Source of the DNA: an uncultured Verrucomicrobiae bacterium
Lineage (GTDB): Bacteria > Verrucomicrobiota > Verrucomicrobiia > Chthoniobacterales > UBA10450
Assembly (NCBI GenBank): GCA_963801815.1
Contig: CAWDGJ010000002.1
Location: 480,001 to 544,000, forward strand
DNA length: 64,000 nucleotides
Direction of reading: 5' to 3'
In this document: in pieces, positions 37,143 through 47,865 of the stretch
Layout of the letters: each line of letters starts with the position of its first letter
How positions within the stretch are numbered: position 1 is the stretch's first letter
Program-made: the position numbers and the translations under genes
The notes under the pieces: model-generated
The model's database searches: none
The model's input: only the letters and a program-made list of their open reading frames with translations
Told to the model about the DNA's origin: nothing

Positions 37143-39683
37143 CTACTGGACCACGATGTTCACAAGCTTTTTTGGGACAACGACAACCTTGCGAACGTGC
37201 TTCCCGGCAACGAGTTCCGCGATTTTCGGATTCACCTGCGCTGCGGCTTTCATCTCCTCTTCCGTCGCCGAGATCGACATCATGATTCGGTCGCGAACTT
37301 TTCCGTTTACCTGGATGACAATCTCCACTTCATCTTCGATCAGGAATTTCTCGTCGTAAGTTGGCCACGGTTGTTTGGTGATATCCCCGGAAGATTTCAG
37401 CTTCTCCCACAATTCGGAACTGAGATGCGGCGCGAACGGATTTAGCAAAACCAAAAAGGTCCGCATCGCTGCAATCGGAATCACCTCGGCCCCGCTCTGC
37501 GGGATGAACGCATTCACGAAGATCATCATCTGCGAGATCGCGGTGTTGAAGGAGAGGGATTCGATGTCTGCAGTGACTTTTTTTATCGTGGCGTGGAGGA
37601 TCTTGTTTTGCGCCTTGCTAAGATCGACATCCTTGAGCGCCGCCGAAAGTTGCCATTCACCCGCCTGGTTTTCGCTCATCATTAATCGCCAAACCCGCGC
37701 GAGAAACCGCGACACGCCTTCGACGCCGCGCATGCTCCACGGTTTCATCTGTTCCAGCGGGCCCATGAACATTTCGTAACAACGAAACGCGTCCGCACCA
37801 TACTGATCGATCACGTCGTCAGGGTTCACAATGTTCCCGCGCGACTTCGACATTTTCTGGTTGTCTTCGCCGAGAATAATCCCCTGATTCACCAAACGTT
37901 GAAACGGTTCGGGTTTCGATAAGTATCCGAGATCGAACAGCACTTTGTGCCAGAAGCGCGCGTAAAGCAGATGCAACACGGCGTGTTCAGTTCCACCAAC
38001 GTAAAGATCGACGGTGCCCGGATGGTCGCCAGCTGCCCAATATCGCTCAGCTTCTTCGCCGACGAATCGTCTATCGTTCAGCGGATCGCAAAAACGCAGG
38101 TAATACCAACAGGAGCCTGCCCACTGCGGCATTACATTCAGTTCGCGCGCCGCTTTCTCCGAGTATCGAATCCAGTCCTTGGCTTTGGCCAACGGCGGTT
38201 CACCCGTGCCGGTTGGCTTGTAATCCTCAAGCGGCGGCGGAACCACCGGCAATTCTTTTTCTTCCAACGAACGATGCTTTCCGTCTTGCCAAACAATTGG
38301 AAACGGTTCGCCCCAATATCGCTGACGTGAGAAAAGCCAGTCGCGAAGCTTGTAGTTGATCGCGCGTTTTCCGAGCCCACGCTCCTCCAACCAGATCGTA
38401 ATCTTTCGAATCGCGTCACGCGACGGCAGCCCATCGATGATCGGCGAATTGATCGCGATCCCATCGCCAACAAATCCGATGGGATCTTCGTCGCCCGGCG
38501 GCTGAACCACCTCTCGAATCGGCAAATCAAACTTGCGCGCGAATTCGAGATCGCGCTCATCATGAGCGGGGACTGCCTGAATCGCACCCGTGCCGTAACC
38601 GAGCAGGACGTAATCGGCAATCCAAATCGGGATTTTCTCTTCGTTAGCGGGATTGATCGCATAAGCGCCTGTAAAGACGCCGGTTTTTTCTTTCGAGAGT
38701 TCGGTCCGCTCGAGATCACTCTTGCGCGCGGTGCGTTCGCGATACTCCCGAACCGCCGGCCACTGCTCTTCGGTCACGATTTGATCGACGAGTGAATGTT
38801 CCGGTGCGAGGACCATGTAAGTCGCGCCGTACAGCGTGTCCGGGCGTGTCGTGAAAACGCGGATCTTATTACTATCGACTTTGAAATCGATCTCCGCGCC
38901 TTCGCTGCGGCCGATCCAATTGCGTTGGAGTAATTTGATTCCTTCGGGCCAATCAAGTCCTTCGAGTTCGTTGATCAAGCGCTCAGCGTAAGCGGTTATT
39001 CGCAACATCCATTGCCGCATCGGTCGTCGGACGACCGGAAACCCACCGACTTCGCTTTTGCCATCGACAACTTCTTCGTTCGCCAAAACCGTCCCGAGTT
39101 CCGGGCACCAGTTCACTGGCACATCGGCGACATAAGCCAGCCGGACTTCGTCCGGATTGTTGCCGCGATAAGTGGAAATTGGCTCGGCCTTGTTCGTTTT
39201 CGAGTTGAACCAGGAATTGTAGATCTTAAGGAAGATCCATTGCGTCCACTTGTAGTAGCGCGGATCGGTGGTGTTGATCTCACGCTGCCAGTCGTAGGAG
39301 AAACCAATCCGTTTCAGCTGCGATTTGAATTTCGCAACGTTTTCGCGCGTGGTAATCGCAGGATGCTGACCGCTCTTGATCGCATATTGTTCCGCCGGCA
39401 ATCCGAACGCGTCCCAACCCATCGGATGCAGCACATTGAAGCCGCACATCCGTTTGTAACGCGCAATGATATCGGTGGCGGTGTAGCCTTCCGGATGTCC
39501 GACGTGCAAGCCCGCGCCGCTCGGATACGGGAACATGTCGAGGACGTAGAACTTCGGTTTTCCGGAATCGAAGTCCTTTTCGCCGGGATTGAGCGCGTGA
39601 AAAACCTGCCGCTCGTCCCAGATTTTCTGCCACTTCGGCTCAATCTGGTCGAATGGATATGGTTTGCGGCGCTCGCTGCTCAT
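37143..39683 (-). CDS. leuS: Leucine--tRNA ligase
   Basis: Motifs [36 protein letters not shown] and KMSKS. Start at MSSERRKPY. Confidence 0.98.
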   Translation of the reverse strand: MSSERRKPYPFDQIEPKWQKIWDERQVFHALNPGEKDFDSGKPKFYVLDMFPYPSGAGLHVGHPEGYTATDIIARYKRMCGFNVLHPMGWDAFGLPAEQYAIKSGQHPAITTRENVAKFKSQLKRIGFSYDWQREINTTDPRYYKWTQWIFLKIYNSWFNSKTNKAEPISTYRGNNPDEVRLAYVADVPVNWCPELGTVLANEEVVDGKSEVGGFPVVRRPMRQWMLRITAYAERLINELEGLDWPEGIKLLQRNWIGRSEGAEIDFKVDSNKIRVFTTRPDTLYGATYMVLAPEHSLVDQIVTEEQWPAVREYRERTARKSDLERTELSKEKTGVFTGAYAINPANEEKIPIWIADYVLLGYGTGAIQAVPAHDERDLEFARKFDLPIREVVQPPGDEDPIGFVGDGIAINSPIIDGLPSRDAIRKITIWLEERGLGKRAINYKLRDWLFSRQRYWGEPFPIVWQDGKHRSLEEKELPVVPPPLEDYKPTGTGEPPLAKAKDWIRYSEKAARELNVMPQWAGSCWYYLRFCDPLNDRRFVGEEAERYWAAGDHPGTVDLYVGGTEHAVLHLLYARFWHKVLFDLGYLSKPEPFQRLVNQGIILGEDNQKMSKSRGNIVNPDDVIDQYGADAFRCYEMFMGPLEQMKPWSMRGVEGVSRFLARVWRLMMSENQAGEWQLSAALKDVDLSKAQNKILHATIKKVTADIESLSFNTAISQMMIFVNAFIPQSGAEVIPIAAMRTFLVLLNPFAPHLSSELWEKLKSSGDITKQPWPTYDEKFLIEDEVEIVIQVNGKVRDRIMMSISATEEEMKAAAQVNPKIAELVAGKHVRKVVVVPKKLVNIVVQ

Positions 39684-39695
39684 CGGATTATCAAT

Positions 39696-39719
39696 CAGGA
39701 AAGCAGGAACACAGGAAAA
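39696..39719 (+). repeat. Octamer tandem (3 copies) in the 40-bp leuS/rdgB divergent gap
   Basis: CAGGAAAG CAGGAACA CAGGAAAA. Confidence 0.55.
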
Positions 39720-39723
39720 GCAA

Positions 39724-40308
39724 ATGGACTTACTGCTGGCGACGCGCAACCCACATAAATCGCGGGAATTTCGCGAACTCCTGGGCGCTGACTTTGAAAT
39801 CAAAGATCTTAGTTCGAATCCCGAGATCGTGATGCCGGAAGAAACGGGACGCACATTTGAAGAGAACGCAATTCTCAAGGCGGTCCACGTTTCCAAACGA
39901 ACGAACGAATTCGTGATCGCAGACGATTCAGGTCTCGAGGTCGACGCGCTCGGTGGCGCGCCGGGAACTTTTTCCGCGCGCTACGCCGGTGAAACGGCGA
40001 GCGACTCGCAGAACGTCGACAAGCTGCTCCGTGAACTCAAAAATGTCGCCCACCGATCGGCCCGTTTTCGCTGTGTCATTGCACTTGCCCGCGCTGGAAG
40101 AGTTTTGGGCACATTCGAAGGTGCGATCGAAGGAAAGATTGTTGATTTGCCGCGGGGCAACGCAGGCTTCGGCTACGATCCAGTGTTTCAACCGGCCGGA
40201 TTCGATCGAACTCTTGGTGAAATGGCAGCTGGACTGAAAAACAAAATCAGTCACCGCGGCAAAGCGACCGCTGCATTGCAACTAGCTTTGCGCGAAATGG
40301 AGAATTAG
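39724..40308 (+). CDS. rdgB: Non-canonical purine NTP pyrophosphatase
   Basis: Motifs [31 protein letters not shown] and KNKISHR. Confidence 0.95.
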   Translation: MDLLLATRNPHKSREFRELLGADFEIKDLSSNPEIVMPEETGRTFEENAILKAVHVSKRTNEFVIADDSGLEVDALGGAPGTFSARYAGETASDSQNVDKLLRELKNVAHRSARFRCVIALARAGRVLGTFEGAIEGKIVDLPRGNAGFGYDPVFQPAGFDRTLGEMAAGLKNKISHRGKATAALQLALREMEN

Positions 40309-40808
40309 TGCGGCGGACCAGGCGGCGGCGGTGGGGGTGGAGCACCAGGAGCACCAGGAGCACCAGGAGCGCCCGGAGCAGCGGCTCCCGCCGGGCCGCC
40401 GGCGGCTGCGCGAATCTGATAACCGACTTTTTGAATTTGCGCGCGGCGGACTTTGTCGAGAACGGTAATAACGTCACCGTGTAGCGCCATCCCTTCGGCG
40501 CTGATTGAAACCTTGATGTTCGGATTTGCCGCGTGCAATTGGAACAGGCGTGGCAGAATTTGATCGTCCTGTACGTATTGGCCGTCAAAACTGACAGCGT
40601 TACCGGCACCGACCCGAATGGAAACGTAGTCTTTCGTCGTAGTCGGCGGCGGAACCGCAGCGGATGGCAATTGAATCCTAATTCCCTTCATGTGAGTCTG
40701 GCTCAGGCTCACCATCATGAAACTCGCGAGGAGAAAGAACATGATGTCGATCAACGGAATGATCTCGATTCGAGCGTGTTTCTTGGGAATGGGCGAAGAG
40801 ACTTTCAT
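40305..40808 (-). CDS. exbD: ExbD family protein with Pro/Gly/Ala-rich tail
   Basis: IEIIPLIDIMFFLLASF; the (PGA)n and poly-Pro tail is partly encoded by GGAGCACCA tandem repeats. Confidence 0.9.
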   Translation of the reverse strand: MKVSSPIPKKHARIEIIPLIDIMFFLLASFMMVSLSQTHMKGIRIQLPSAAVPPPTTTKDYVSIRVGAGNAVSFDGQYVQDDQILPRLFQLHAANPNIKVSISAEGMALHGDVITVLDKVRRAQIQKVGYQIRAAAGGPAGAAAPGAPGAPGAPGAPPPPPPPGPPH

Positions 40809-40813
40809 AAGGC

Positions 40814-41425
40814 TTAATAGGAAGCACCGGTCATCGTGAAGGTAATCGGGACTTTTACCTTGGGCGCGCAAGCTCCGGGCCGAAATCGCCAGCGCCTGAA
40901 GGTACTGACCGTGGCATTATCCAAAATTGGGCTACCGATAGATTGCGCCATCGATGCATCGGTCACGTTGCCGCTGGCGGTATCAACCGACAGCACTGCA
41001 ACACCGCTTCCGGTTTGGTGACGGCTGCGGGCTTCGTACGGATAATCCGGCTTTGGCGCAAAGATCGCCACTGCCTTAGCGCCTGAAATCGACATCGTGC
41101 CAGTCACGCCCTGAGGTGCCTTGACCGGCCCAGCGGGTCTGTTTGTTTTTGGCGGCGGTGGCTTCTCTTCATGGAACTCGGGCTCGACATCGGGAATAGG
41201 CGGCGGTTCCTGAATAGGAATGTCTTCAGGAGGCGGTGTCGGTTGATCCTGCGGTTCTAACTGCGCCTCCACCGTGGCCGTCGGAATCGTTGAAAGATCA
41301 ACCGCAGGCGGTTCGTGTTTAATTCCCGCAATCACCACCGATGCCGCCTCTATCAAAATAGCCCCGCCCAAAGAGGCCCAAAATTGCCAGCTCGGTGGCG
41401 GCTTATAGAGAAGTGGTTGGGCCAT
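40814..41425 (-). CDS. tonB: TonB energy transducer
   Basis: N-terminal TM, Pro-rich linker, and PDYPYEAR...G.....V...SG.V...S.GSPILD.A....RWRFRP. Confidence 0.88.
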   Translation of the reverse strand: MAQPLLYKPPPSWQFWASLGGAILIEAASVVIAGIKHEPPAVDLSTIPTATVEAQLEPQDQPTPPPEDIPIQEPPPIPDVEPEFHEEKPPPPKTNRPAGPVKAPQGVTGTMSISGAKAVAIFAPKPDYPYEARSRHQTGSGVAVLSVDTASGNVTDASMAQSIGSPILDNATVSTFRRWRFRPGACAPKVKVPITFTMTGASY

Positions 41426-41428
41426 AAA

Positions 41429-41869
41429 TCAAGGACCTTGCGGTCCCGGCATTCCCTTCAAGGCTTCGCTCTTGATCTCGAATGCGACTTTGTAAAAGCC
41501 GGCCGAACGCAAGAGATCGAGCACGCGAATAATATTGAAATGAACCGTGTCCCTGTCGCCGCGAATGAACACCTTCGCTTCCGGATTTTCCGCGTGGACT
41601 TGTTTTAACTTTTCGAACAGCGCGTCGTAGGTCATCTCGGTCTTGTCGAAATAGGGGTGGCCGTCCGCATCCACTGAGACACTGATGTATTCGTTCTTGG
41701 ACTGCGTTTCACCCATCTGCCCGGTCGGCAGATTCACTTTCATTCCCTTCATGTGCACCTGGCTCAGGCTGACCATCATGAAGCTCGCCAGCAGAAAGAA
41801 CATGATGTCGATCAACGGAATGATCTCGATCCGCCCTTTCTTATGAGGAATGGGTGAAGTTACGTGCAT
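41429..41869 (-). CDS. exbD: ExbD family protein
   Basis: IEIIPLIDIMFFLLASF and IRGDR....IIRVLD. Confidence 0.92.
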   Translation of the reverse strand: MHVTSPIPHKKGRIEIIPLIDIMFFLLASFMMVSLSQVHMKGMKVNLPTGQMGETQSKNEYISVSVDADGHPYFDKTEMTYDALFEKLKQVHAENPEAKVFIRGDRDTVHFNIIRVLDLLRSAGFYKVAFEIKSEALKGMPGPQGP

Positions 41870-41878
41870 AAAAAAGTA

Positions 41879-42922
41879 CTAGATGGACGAACCCTTGGCC
41901 GAACTGGGCGAGCTCGGTCCGTGGGCAATCGTCACTTCTTCGCGGCGGCCTGGCCTTTGAGCTTCCAACATAACTTCGAGATTGGTGGCTGCGGTTTGTA
42001 ACTCGAACTCTAAGTTAGACACGCGCGAAGTGAAAAAGTTAAACGGAATCAGCGCAAAAATAGCAATGCCCAAACCGCACGCCGTCGCGATGAGCGCTTC
42101 GCCGATACCGCCGGTGATCGACACGATTGCAATCTCCTCATTCCCCAATGCGAGAAAGGCCTTCATGAGACCGGTGACCGTCCCCAATAAGCCGAGCAAT
42201 GGTGCGAGAGTCACCAACGTGTCCATCACGACGAGGAATCGGCCTGCCCGCTTAATCTCGATACCGGCCGCAACCTGCAACGCGCCCTGCAACGACGCGT
42301 GCTGATGATTCAAGCCGTTCCACATCATGCGCAGAACCGGGTCCCGCGAATCACGCGATAGTCGCGACGCTTCCGCCACGTCGCCGACTTCGACCGCGGT
42401 GAAAACTTTTTCGATCCGTTTCGGGTCGCGCCGGAACCAGCGTCCGCCCCACCAGAAAACTCGTTCGATGACGACAGTAAGAGCGACGATCGACACCAAG
42501 AGAATCGGCCACATCACCGGGCCGCCCTCGTTAAATTTGTCGACCAAGTAGTTGCCGGTGACCTTGTTTTCGTACAAGTGCCCGGAAGGAGCGGGCGTAC
42601 CGCTTGCCGCCGGACTCAAAGTCGCGGTCACGCTTGCTCCCGGAGAAACACCCACTGCCGGAGCACCGGCCGGTGCAGTTCCTGGCGCGCCCGGCTGCAT
42701 CCCTGCAGGTGGTTGGCCTGGAACTCCGGGTTGCTGAGCTGGCATACCCGGCTGTTGAGCTGGTGCGCCCGGTTGCGCAGCTGCCGGATTCATCGGCGCG
42801 GCTGCGGGCGGCGCGCCGGCCGGCGGAGGCGGCGGTTGTTGTCCAGGCCGCTGCTGCTGTGGCGATTGAGAAAACGCAGTCAGCGCGATCACGCTGAGAC
42901 AGAGAGTTAGGAATGTTTTCAT
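41879..42922 (-). CDS. exbB: ExbB/MotA family protein with signal peptide and Pro/Gln-rich N-terminal extension
   Basis: Motifs GGPVMWPI, APLLGLLGTVTG and GIGEALIATACGL. Confidence 0.92.
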   Translation of the reverse strand: MKTFLTLCLSVIALTAFSQSPQQQRPGQQPPPPPAGAPPAAAPMNPAAAQPGAPAQQPGMPAQQPGVPGQPPAGMQPGAPGTAPAGAPAVGVSPGASVTATLSPAASGTPAPSGHLYENKVTGNYLVDKFNEGGPVMWPILLVSIVALTVVIERVFWWGGRWFRRDPKRIEKVFTAVEVGDVAEASRLSRDSRDPVLRMMWNGLNHQHASLQGALQVAAGIEIKRAGRFLVVMDTLVTLAPLLGLLGTVTGLMKAFLALGNEEIAIVSITGGIGEALIATACGLGIAIFALIPFNFFTSRVSNLEFELQTAATNLEVMLEAQRPGRREEVTIAHGPSSPSSAKGSSI

Positions 42923-43120
42923 AATTTCGGCGGAGTTGAATTTACTGCTCGGTACATCCGTTTTATCCCAAAAGGTTTGGACGCGAGTCGAGCAAAACTT
43001 TTCACTTTTCTTTAGTGGACGCTCTCCAGGCTAGCGTCGTTTAATATTTCTTTCGCATCAGCCACACTGACAGGATGTAAGACAAGTACCCGACCCGAAG
43101 GTCGGTCTGGACCCCGAAAT

Positions 43121-43885
43121 CTAACGCGCGTTTGCCACGCGATTGCGCAGGGCCGGCCAGTCGGCGATCTGCGCTTCCAAGCCATCTCCTGCTCGAATCG
43201 GGCCTACGCTGGATGGAGTTCCCGTCAGAATTACGTCCCCGGGGAGCAAAGTGAGCGACTGGCTCGCGAACGAAACAATTTCCGCAGGCGGATAAATCAT
43301 CTGGCCCGTCCGCGCCCGCTGCCGCACTTCGCCATTCTGCCGCAGTTCGATTTGCACATCGCCAACATCGATGCCGGCATAAACGAATGGGCCGATAGGC
43401 GTGTAGGTATCGAACGACTTACAGCGTCCGAATTGTTTCTCCGATTTCTGCAAATCGCGGTCGCTGATATCGAGACCCACGGTGTAACCAAAAATAAAAT
43501 TAGGTGCTTGTTCGACCGAAACATCCTTGGCGGCTCGTCCGATCACAATGCCAAGTTCTGTCTCGAAATCAGTTTGATGCTCCGGAAAGGCGATCTCAAC
43601 CGTGCCGTTATGCGGCAGCAACGAAGTCGGAGCCTTGAACCAGATCAACGGCGTGCCCAGCGGCGTCCGTTTCATCTCAGCGATGTGATCCGCGTAGTTC
43701 AATCCGACAGCAATCAGCTTCGAGGGCGCCACCGGAAGATCGATAACAACGTCCGGCAACTGTCGAACTTCGCCGGTGGGTTTGATACCGACCCAATATG
43801 GCTCTGCAAGAACATGTATATCCTCGCCTCGGACTTCACCGTAGAAGAATCTATCGCCTGCTTTGAATCCGCCAAAGGTGCGCAT
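43121..43885 (-). CDS. Fumarylacetoacetate hydrolase family protein
   Basis: Motifs VGLNYADH, FETEL, DISDRD, KSFDT and PGDVILTGTP. Confidence 0.93.
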   Translation of the reverse strand: MRTFGGFKAGDRFFYGEVRGEDIHVLAEPYWVGIKPTGEVRQLPDVVIDLPVAPSKLIAVGLNYADHIAEMKRTPLGTPLIWFKAPTSLLPHNGTVEIAFPEHQTDFETELGIVIGRAAKDVSVEQAPNFIFGYTVGLDISDRDLQKSEKQFGRCKSFDTYTPIGPFVYAGIDVGDVQIELRQNGEVRQRARTGQMIYPPAEIVSFASQSLTLLPGDVILTGTPSSVGPIRAGDGLEAQIADWPALRNRVANAR

Positions 43886-43902
43886 TTTCCAAAACCAAAC
43901 GC

Positions 43903-44670
43903 TTATCTTGGCGCAATTGCTACAAAATCACGCACTGTTTTTCGTTCGGAAATTGAAAATGCGCTTCCGTTCGCACGTTTAAACCAGAACGCGCTCGACG
44001 AGCCGCCGTCGAGGTTCAACACGCGCTGGATTTTGAAGTCGGGAATCGCAACGATGGCGAGAATATTCGATAAATCCGAAAGGGTGACATCCGAGCAGAA
44101 CCCCAACGCGGCCTTGTCACTGGTCCCGGCAGCTGCAAACGTGCGGCGGGCCGCTTTCGTCGCCTCCAGGCCGTGCACCGATTTGCCGAGATCGACGATC
44201 ATCGGCCCACACTCGACCGCGGTATCCGGCTTCTGGGTAAGCGAAAATTCGGACATGCGCGAGATTTGAATTTTTCTCCTGGTCGAGCTGAGCACACCCG
44301 AAAGCAAACGCGCCTTTTGCAGCGGCGCGACCAGTGTCCCATCGACGATGAGCAATCCGATCGGTCGATACTCAGGATCAAAATAGCCGCCGTTCACTCC
44401 GGCCAGGAAACTTCCGCGGGCCATCACCTCGTCCAGATCGAGTCGCGGCTCGACCGGCTGGTCCACCATTCTCAAGAGACACGTTTTCGTCGAAAAAACG
44501 GCCAGTTCCAGCGACGCACGATCTCCGCTGTTCGAGTCCTCTACCACGATGTAGCGGTGTTCGAGTCCTTTCACCGAAGACGGTTCCGACTGGGAAGAAA
44601 TTTGCGACCACTCCCCTTCAGCAGTGGAGAAGACAAGGAGAACAAGAATCCCGGCGCTACGCTTTCGCAC
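43903..44670 (-). CDS. Phosphodiester glycosidase (NAGPA-like) family secreted protein
   Basis: Motifs VNGGYF, PIGLLIVDG, CGP, RRT and LNLDGGSS. Confidence 0.85.
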   Translation of the reverse strand: MRKRSAGILVLLVFSTAEGEWSQISSQSEPSSVKGLEHRYIVVEDSNSGDRASLELAVFSTKTCLLRMVDQPVEPRLDLDEVMARGSFLAGVNGGYFDPEYRPIGLLIVDGTLVAPLQKARLLSGVLSSTRRKIQISRMSEFSLTQKPDTAVECGPMIVDLGKSVHGLEATKAARRTFAAAGTSDKAALGFCSDVTLSDLSNILAIVAIPDFKIQRVLNLDGGSSSAFWFKRANGSAFSISERKTVRDFVAIAPR

Positions 44671-46688
44671 CGTATTTGTCGAGTAAGGCTTGAAAACGTG
44701 GATCGTTACGAATCGGGTCCCAAATTGGATTCAATTTCAGCATGGCCACTGTCACCGAGCCTGGACGCTGCAGTAAACCGTCAAGAAGAGCAACCGCATC
44801 GGTGGCGTCGCCCAAAATGGCGTGAATTTCCGCCGCCGATTGAGTAATCTCTGGGCCATCAAAAGCGTCTTTGCTTTCGGGCAACAATTCTTGAGCGCGC
44901 TTGATTTCGGCAAGGGCCGCCTCTTTCTGGCCAAGCCAGGCCAGCGCTTCAGCCAGTCGTGAGTGGGCCGCGGCATCGTCCGGAGTCTGCCTAGTGTTAT
45001 CTTCGGCATAACGCTTCGCCCTTTCGAAATACCTCGCGCGCTCCGGCTGTGTCACCGATCGCCTTTTTTGCGACACCAATGGTTACATATTTGCCACACA
45101 ATGCGCCAGGATACGCCGTGATCATCGAATCTGAAAGCTTGTCTGCGAGATCCGCGGCTTTTCTAAACTGACGCAATAAAATAAGCATCTGCGCGCGACC
45201 GGCCACCAGTTGTGTCTGGATCTCCGGACTCAGTTTACTTGGATCGATTTCGTCCAGGAATTTTTGCGCGAGAGAGAAATCGCCTTTCTCGTCAATGGCA
45301 ACCTTACACTTGACCTCCATGAGACCGAACGCATTCGGGGTAATCGCCAGCCCGCGGTCCAAGATCTTGTTCGCCGCATCCCAGTTTCGCTGCATTTGAT
45401 AATTAATGGCGAGGTTTTGCATCGGCCACGTGTCCTTTGGACCAAGGGCAACCGCCTTTTCCAAGCTGGCGTTCGACTCATTCCATTTGCCCTGACGCCG
45501 TTGAATGGCGCCGAGCGCGAGATAAACCTCGGACTCGTTAGGCAATCCACGCTGCGCCATCTCGAATTCACTCGCTGCGGCTTCGAAGTTGTTGTCGATA
45601 TAATAATAAACAAATCCGAGGGCGAGATGCGCTTCGGGCAGCTGCGGCTGCAATTGGACTGCCCGCACCGCCAACGAACGCGCCTTTTCCCGTCGCTCCG
45701 GTGACCGCCCGAACGAGTGGACGATCCAGCTTTCAAGTTGGGAATAGCGTGCGAAGGCCAGCGCGAAGTTGGGATCCAACGTGATAGCGCGCTCGTACGC
45801 CTCCTCGCCCTCCTTTAATTTCGCCAAATCCTCGTAAGAGCTGCTGTGCAGATCGTGCGCCCGAACGTAGGCAAGGTAAGCTTCACCGTTCTGCGTTGGC
45901 TTACTCTCCATCTGCGCTCTTTCCGTTGGCGAAAGCTTGGCTTGCAATTCGTTCGCGATTTTTTGGGCGAGGTCGGTCTGGATCGCGAAAACGTCGTTCA
46001 GGTCACGATCGTAATCGCTGGCCCAAATGTGTTCGTCGTTATTGGCGTCGATCAATTGGACATTGACGCGGACGCGATTGCCGGAGCGACGCACACTGCC
46101 TTCAAGAATCGTGGAAACGCCGAGGGCTTTGCCGATCTCCCGTACGCTCTGCTTCGCGCCTCGATACGGCATCACCGAAGTCCGCGAGATCACCTTCAGG
46201 TCGCCAATCTTCGAAAGATTCGTGAGAATGTCATCCTGAACTCCGTCCGCGAAGTAAGCGTTCTCTTTTTCGTCGCTCAGGTTCTCAAACGGTAATACCG
46301 CGATCGATTTGTCGACCTTATGAGCGGCCGCGCGCGGCAGGAGAAAGAAACCGGCGGCGGCGGACATGACAACGCCGGCGGCGGCAAGCATGAACAGATT
46401 GCGACGCCGGTGCGTGGTCGGTGAGGCTTGGGTCGCTGCGGTTTGGGTCGCTGCGCTTGGGGTGCGGCGAATGCCGCTCGGCGTGATGTCAAATACCCAC
46501 GCCAGAACCAGCGCGAGTGGAAATCCGATCAGCAACAAGGCGATCACGACCCGAATGACTGAGTTAGAAATGTCGAAAACAGGCAGGACCTGGGCGAGTC
46601 CCTGCGCGAGCGCCCAACTCGCCACGATATAGGCGATCGCGACGCGGTACACTTTCCGCCGTTTCAGCTCTTCGAAAAAGCCGGTCAT
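44657..46688 (-). CDS. Membrane-anchored TolB-N-like/TPR protein (+1 frameshift near 45028)
   Basis: N-terminus FFEELKRRKVYR with TM helices, KSIAVLPFENLS...DLKVISRTS, TPR repeats, and C-terminal WDPIRNDPRFQ in the shifted frame. Confidence 0.88.
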
Positions 46689-46753
46689 AACAACAGACTC
46701 AGGTACATTAACGTTCAACGGCAACCGTTAGACAGGCAAATGGAAGGTGCCGT

Positions 46754-47689
46754 TCACTTAACCCCAGTCGCGAACACGGTCTGGAAATGCGGGTTTTGTG
46801 TCTCACGCGAGACGACCGAAACATCAACGTCGCGAAATCCGCTTTGCTCAAGAAGCTCGTGCAATTTCACTTCGCTGAATCCCAGCCAGCGGTCGGCATA
46901 CAGATCCCGCGCCTTGTCGAAATTGTGGCTGAGCAGATCGAGCACAACAATCCGTCCGTTCTTTTTGAGAATGCGATACGCCGATTTGATCGCGCGCTCC
47001 GGCTTGATCGCATGGTGCAACGCCTGACTCAAAATGGCGAGATCAACACTCTCTTTGGCAATCGGCGGATCTTCGAGATCGCCCAACCGGTATTCGAGAT
47101 TCTTGAAACCGTGCTCCTTCGCCAGCTTCGAACCGAACTCCACCATCTTCGGCGAATTATCGACGGCGATCACCTTGCGCGCGTTCTTCGCCAGCAATTG
47201 CGAAAGCGTCCCCTCGCCTGCGCCGAGATCGACGATGGTCAATCGGGGAACGAGCGAGATCAGCGCATGCGAAAGCGCCTTCCAGGAACGGCCTGGCACA
47301 TAACTGCGCCCAAATTTTCCGGCGAGCTCATCGAAATATTCACGCGCCTTGTCCTGGCGCTTACGCAACGTCAGTTTCAAAGCGGTCCGATCGCGGACGG
47401 TTTCGGGAACCTCGCGGACCAGAAGTTGCAGAATTTGCTCCACCCGATCGCGCGCTCCATTTCTCCCCGGGTTTTTCTTCGCACCGTAATAAACATTCTT
47501 GCCGGCGCGGCGATCTTCCACGACGCCAGCCCGTTTCAGCTGCGCGAGATGACTGGAAATGCGGGACTGGCCCATGCCGAGGATTTGTTGCAGCTCAGCA
47601 ACGGAAAGCTGTTCCTGATCGAGAAGGAGCAGCAGGCGCAACCGGGTTGGATCGGCTAGGAGCCGGAGCAAATTAATCGTTGACGGCAT
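46754..47689 (-). CDS. ArsR-HTH plus SAM-methyltransferase-fold regulator (SahR-like)
   Basis: LADPTRLRL...GMGQSRISSHL HTH; DLGAGEG, QALHH and RWLGF. Divergent from metK-ahcY. Confidence 0.88.
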   Translation of the reverse strand: MPSTINLLRLLADPTRLRLLLLLDQEQLSVAELQQILGMGQSRISSHLAQLKRAGVVEDRRAGKNVYYGAKKNPGRNGARDRVEQILQLLVREVPETVRDRTALKLTLRKRQDKAREYFDELAGKFGRSYVPGRSWKALSHALISLVPRLTIVDLGAGEGTLSQLLAKNARKVIAVDNSPKMVEFGSKLAKEHGFKNLEYRLGDLEDPPIAKESVDLAILSQALHHAIKPERAIKSAYRILKKNGRIVVLDLLSHNFDKARDLYADRWLGFSEVKLHELLEQSGFRDVDVSVVSRETQNPHFQTVFATGVK

Positions 47690-47865
47690 TCTTGAGTCAA
47701 ACGATACATCTACATATCATGATTGGTCAATATGTCCATCGCGACAGCGACGACGCCGCGATTCGTTACCTCATTAAAACGTTACATCGCCATCGCCTTG
47801 TTGGCGCCACGATCGTCGTCTTACGTTGTAACCCTTAAACCACTTAACGAATTATCTCTTCAGAC

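Noticed and set aside
39684..39896. N-terminal extensions in the ORF track for leuS (also the NtrC regulator, miaB, aspS, hisS and both exbD-type genes)
   Set aside because: They overlap neighbouring genes or precede the conserved N-termini; downstream ATGs were chosen.
42923..43120. Cobalamin or other riboswitch upstream of the exbB cluster
   Set aside because: No conserved riboswitch boxes recognised; only one short hairpin.
46428..46455. 15-bp-period duplication encoding AATQ twice in the TPR protein linker
   Set aside because: Ordinary slippage duplication in a disordered linker.
47690..47865. SAM riboswitch upstream of metK
   Set aside because: No SAM-I-type core or terminator recognised by eye. 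A protein regulator is adjacent instead.
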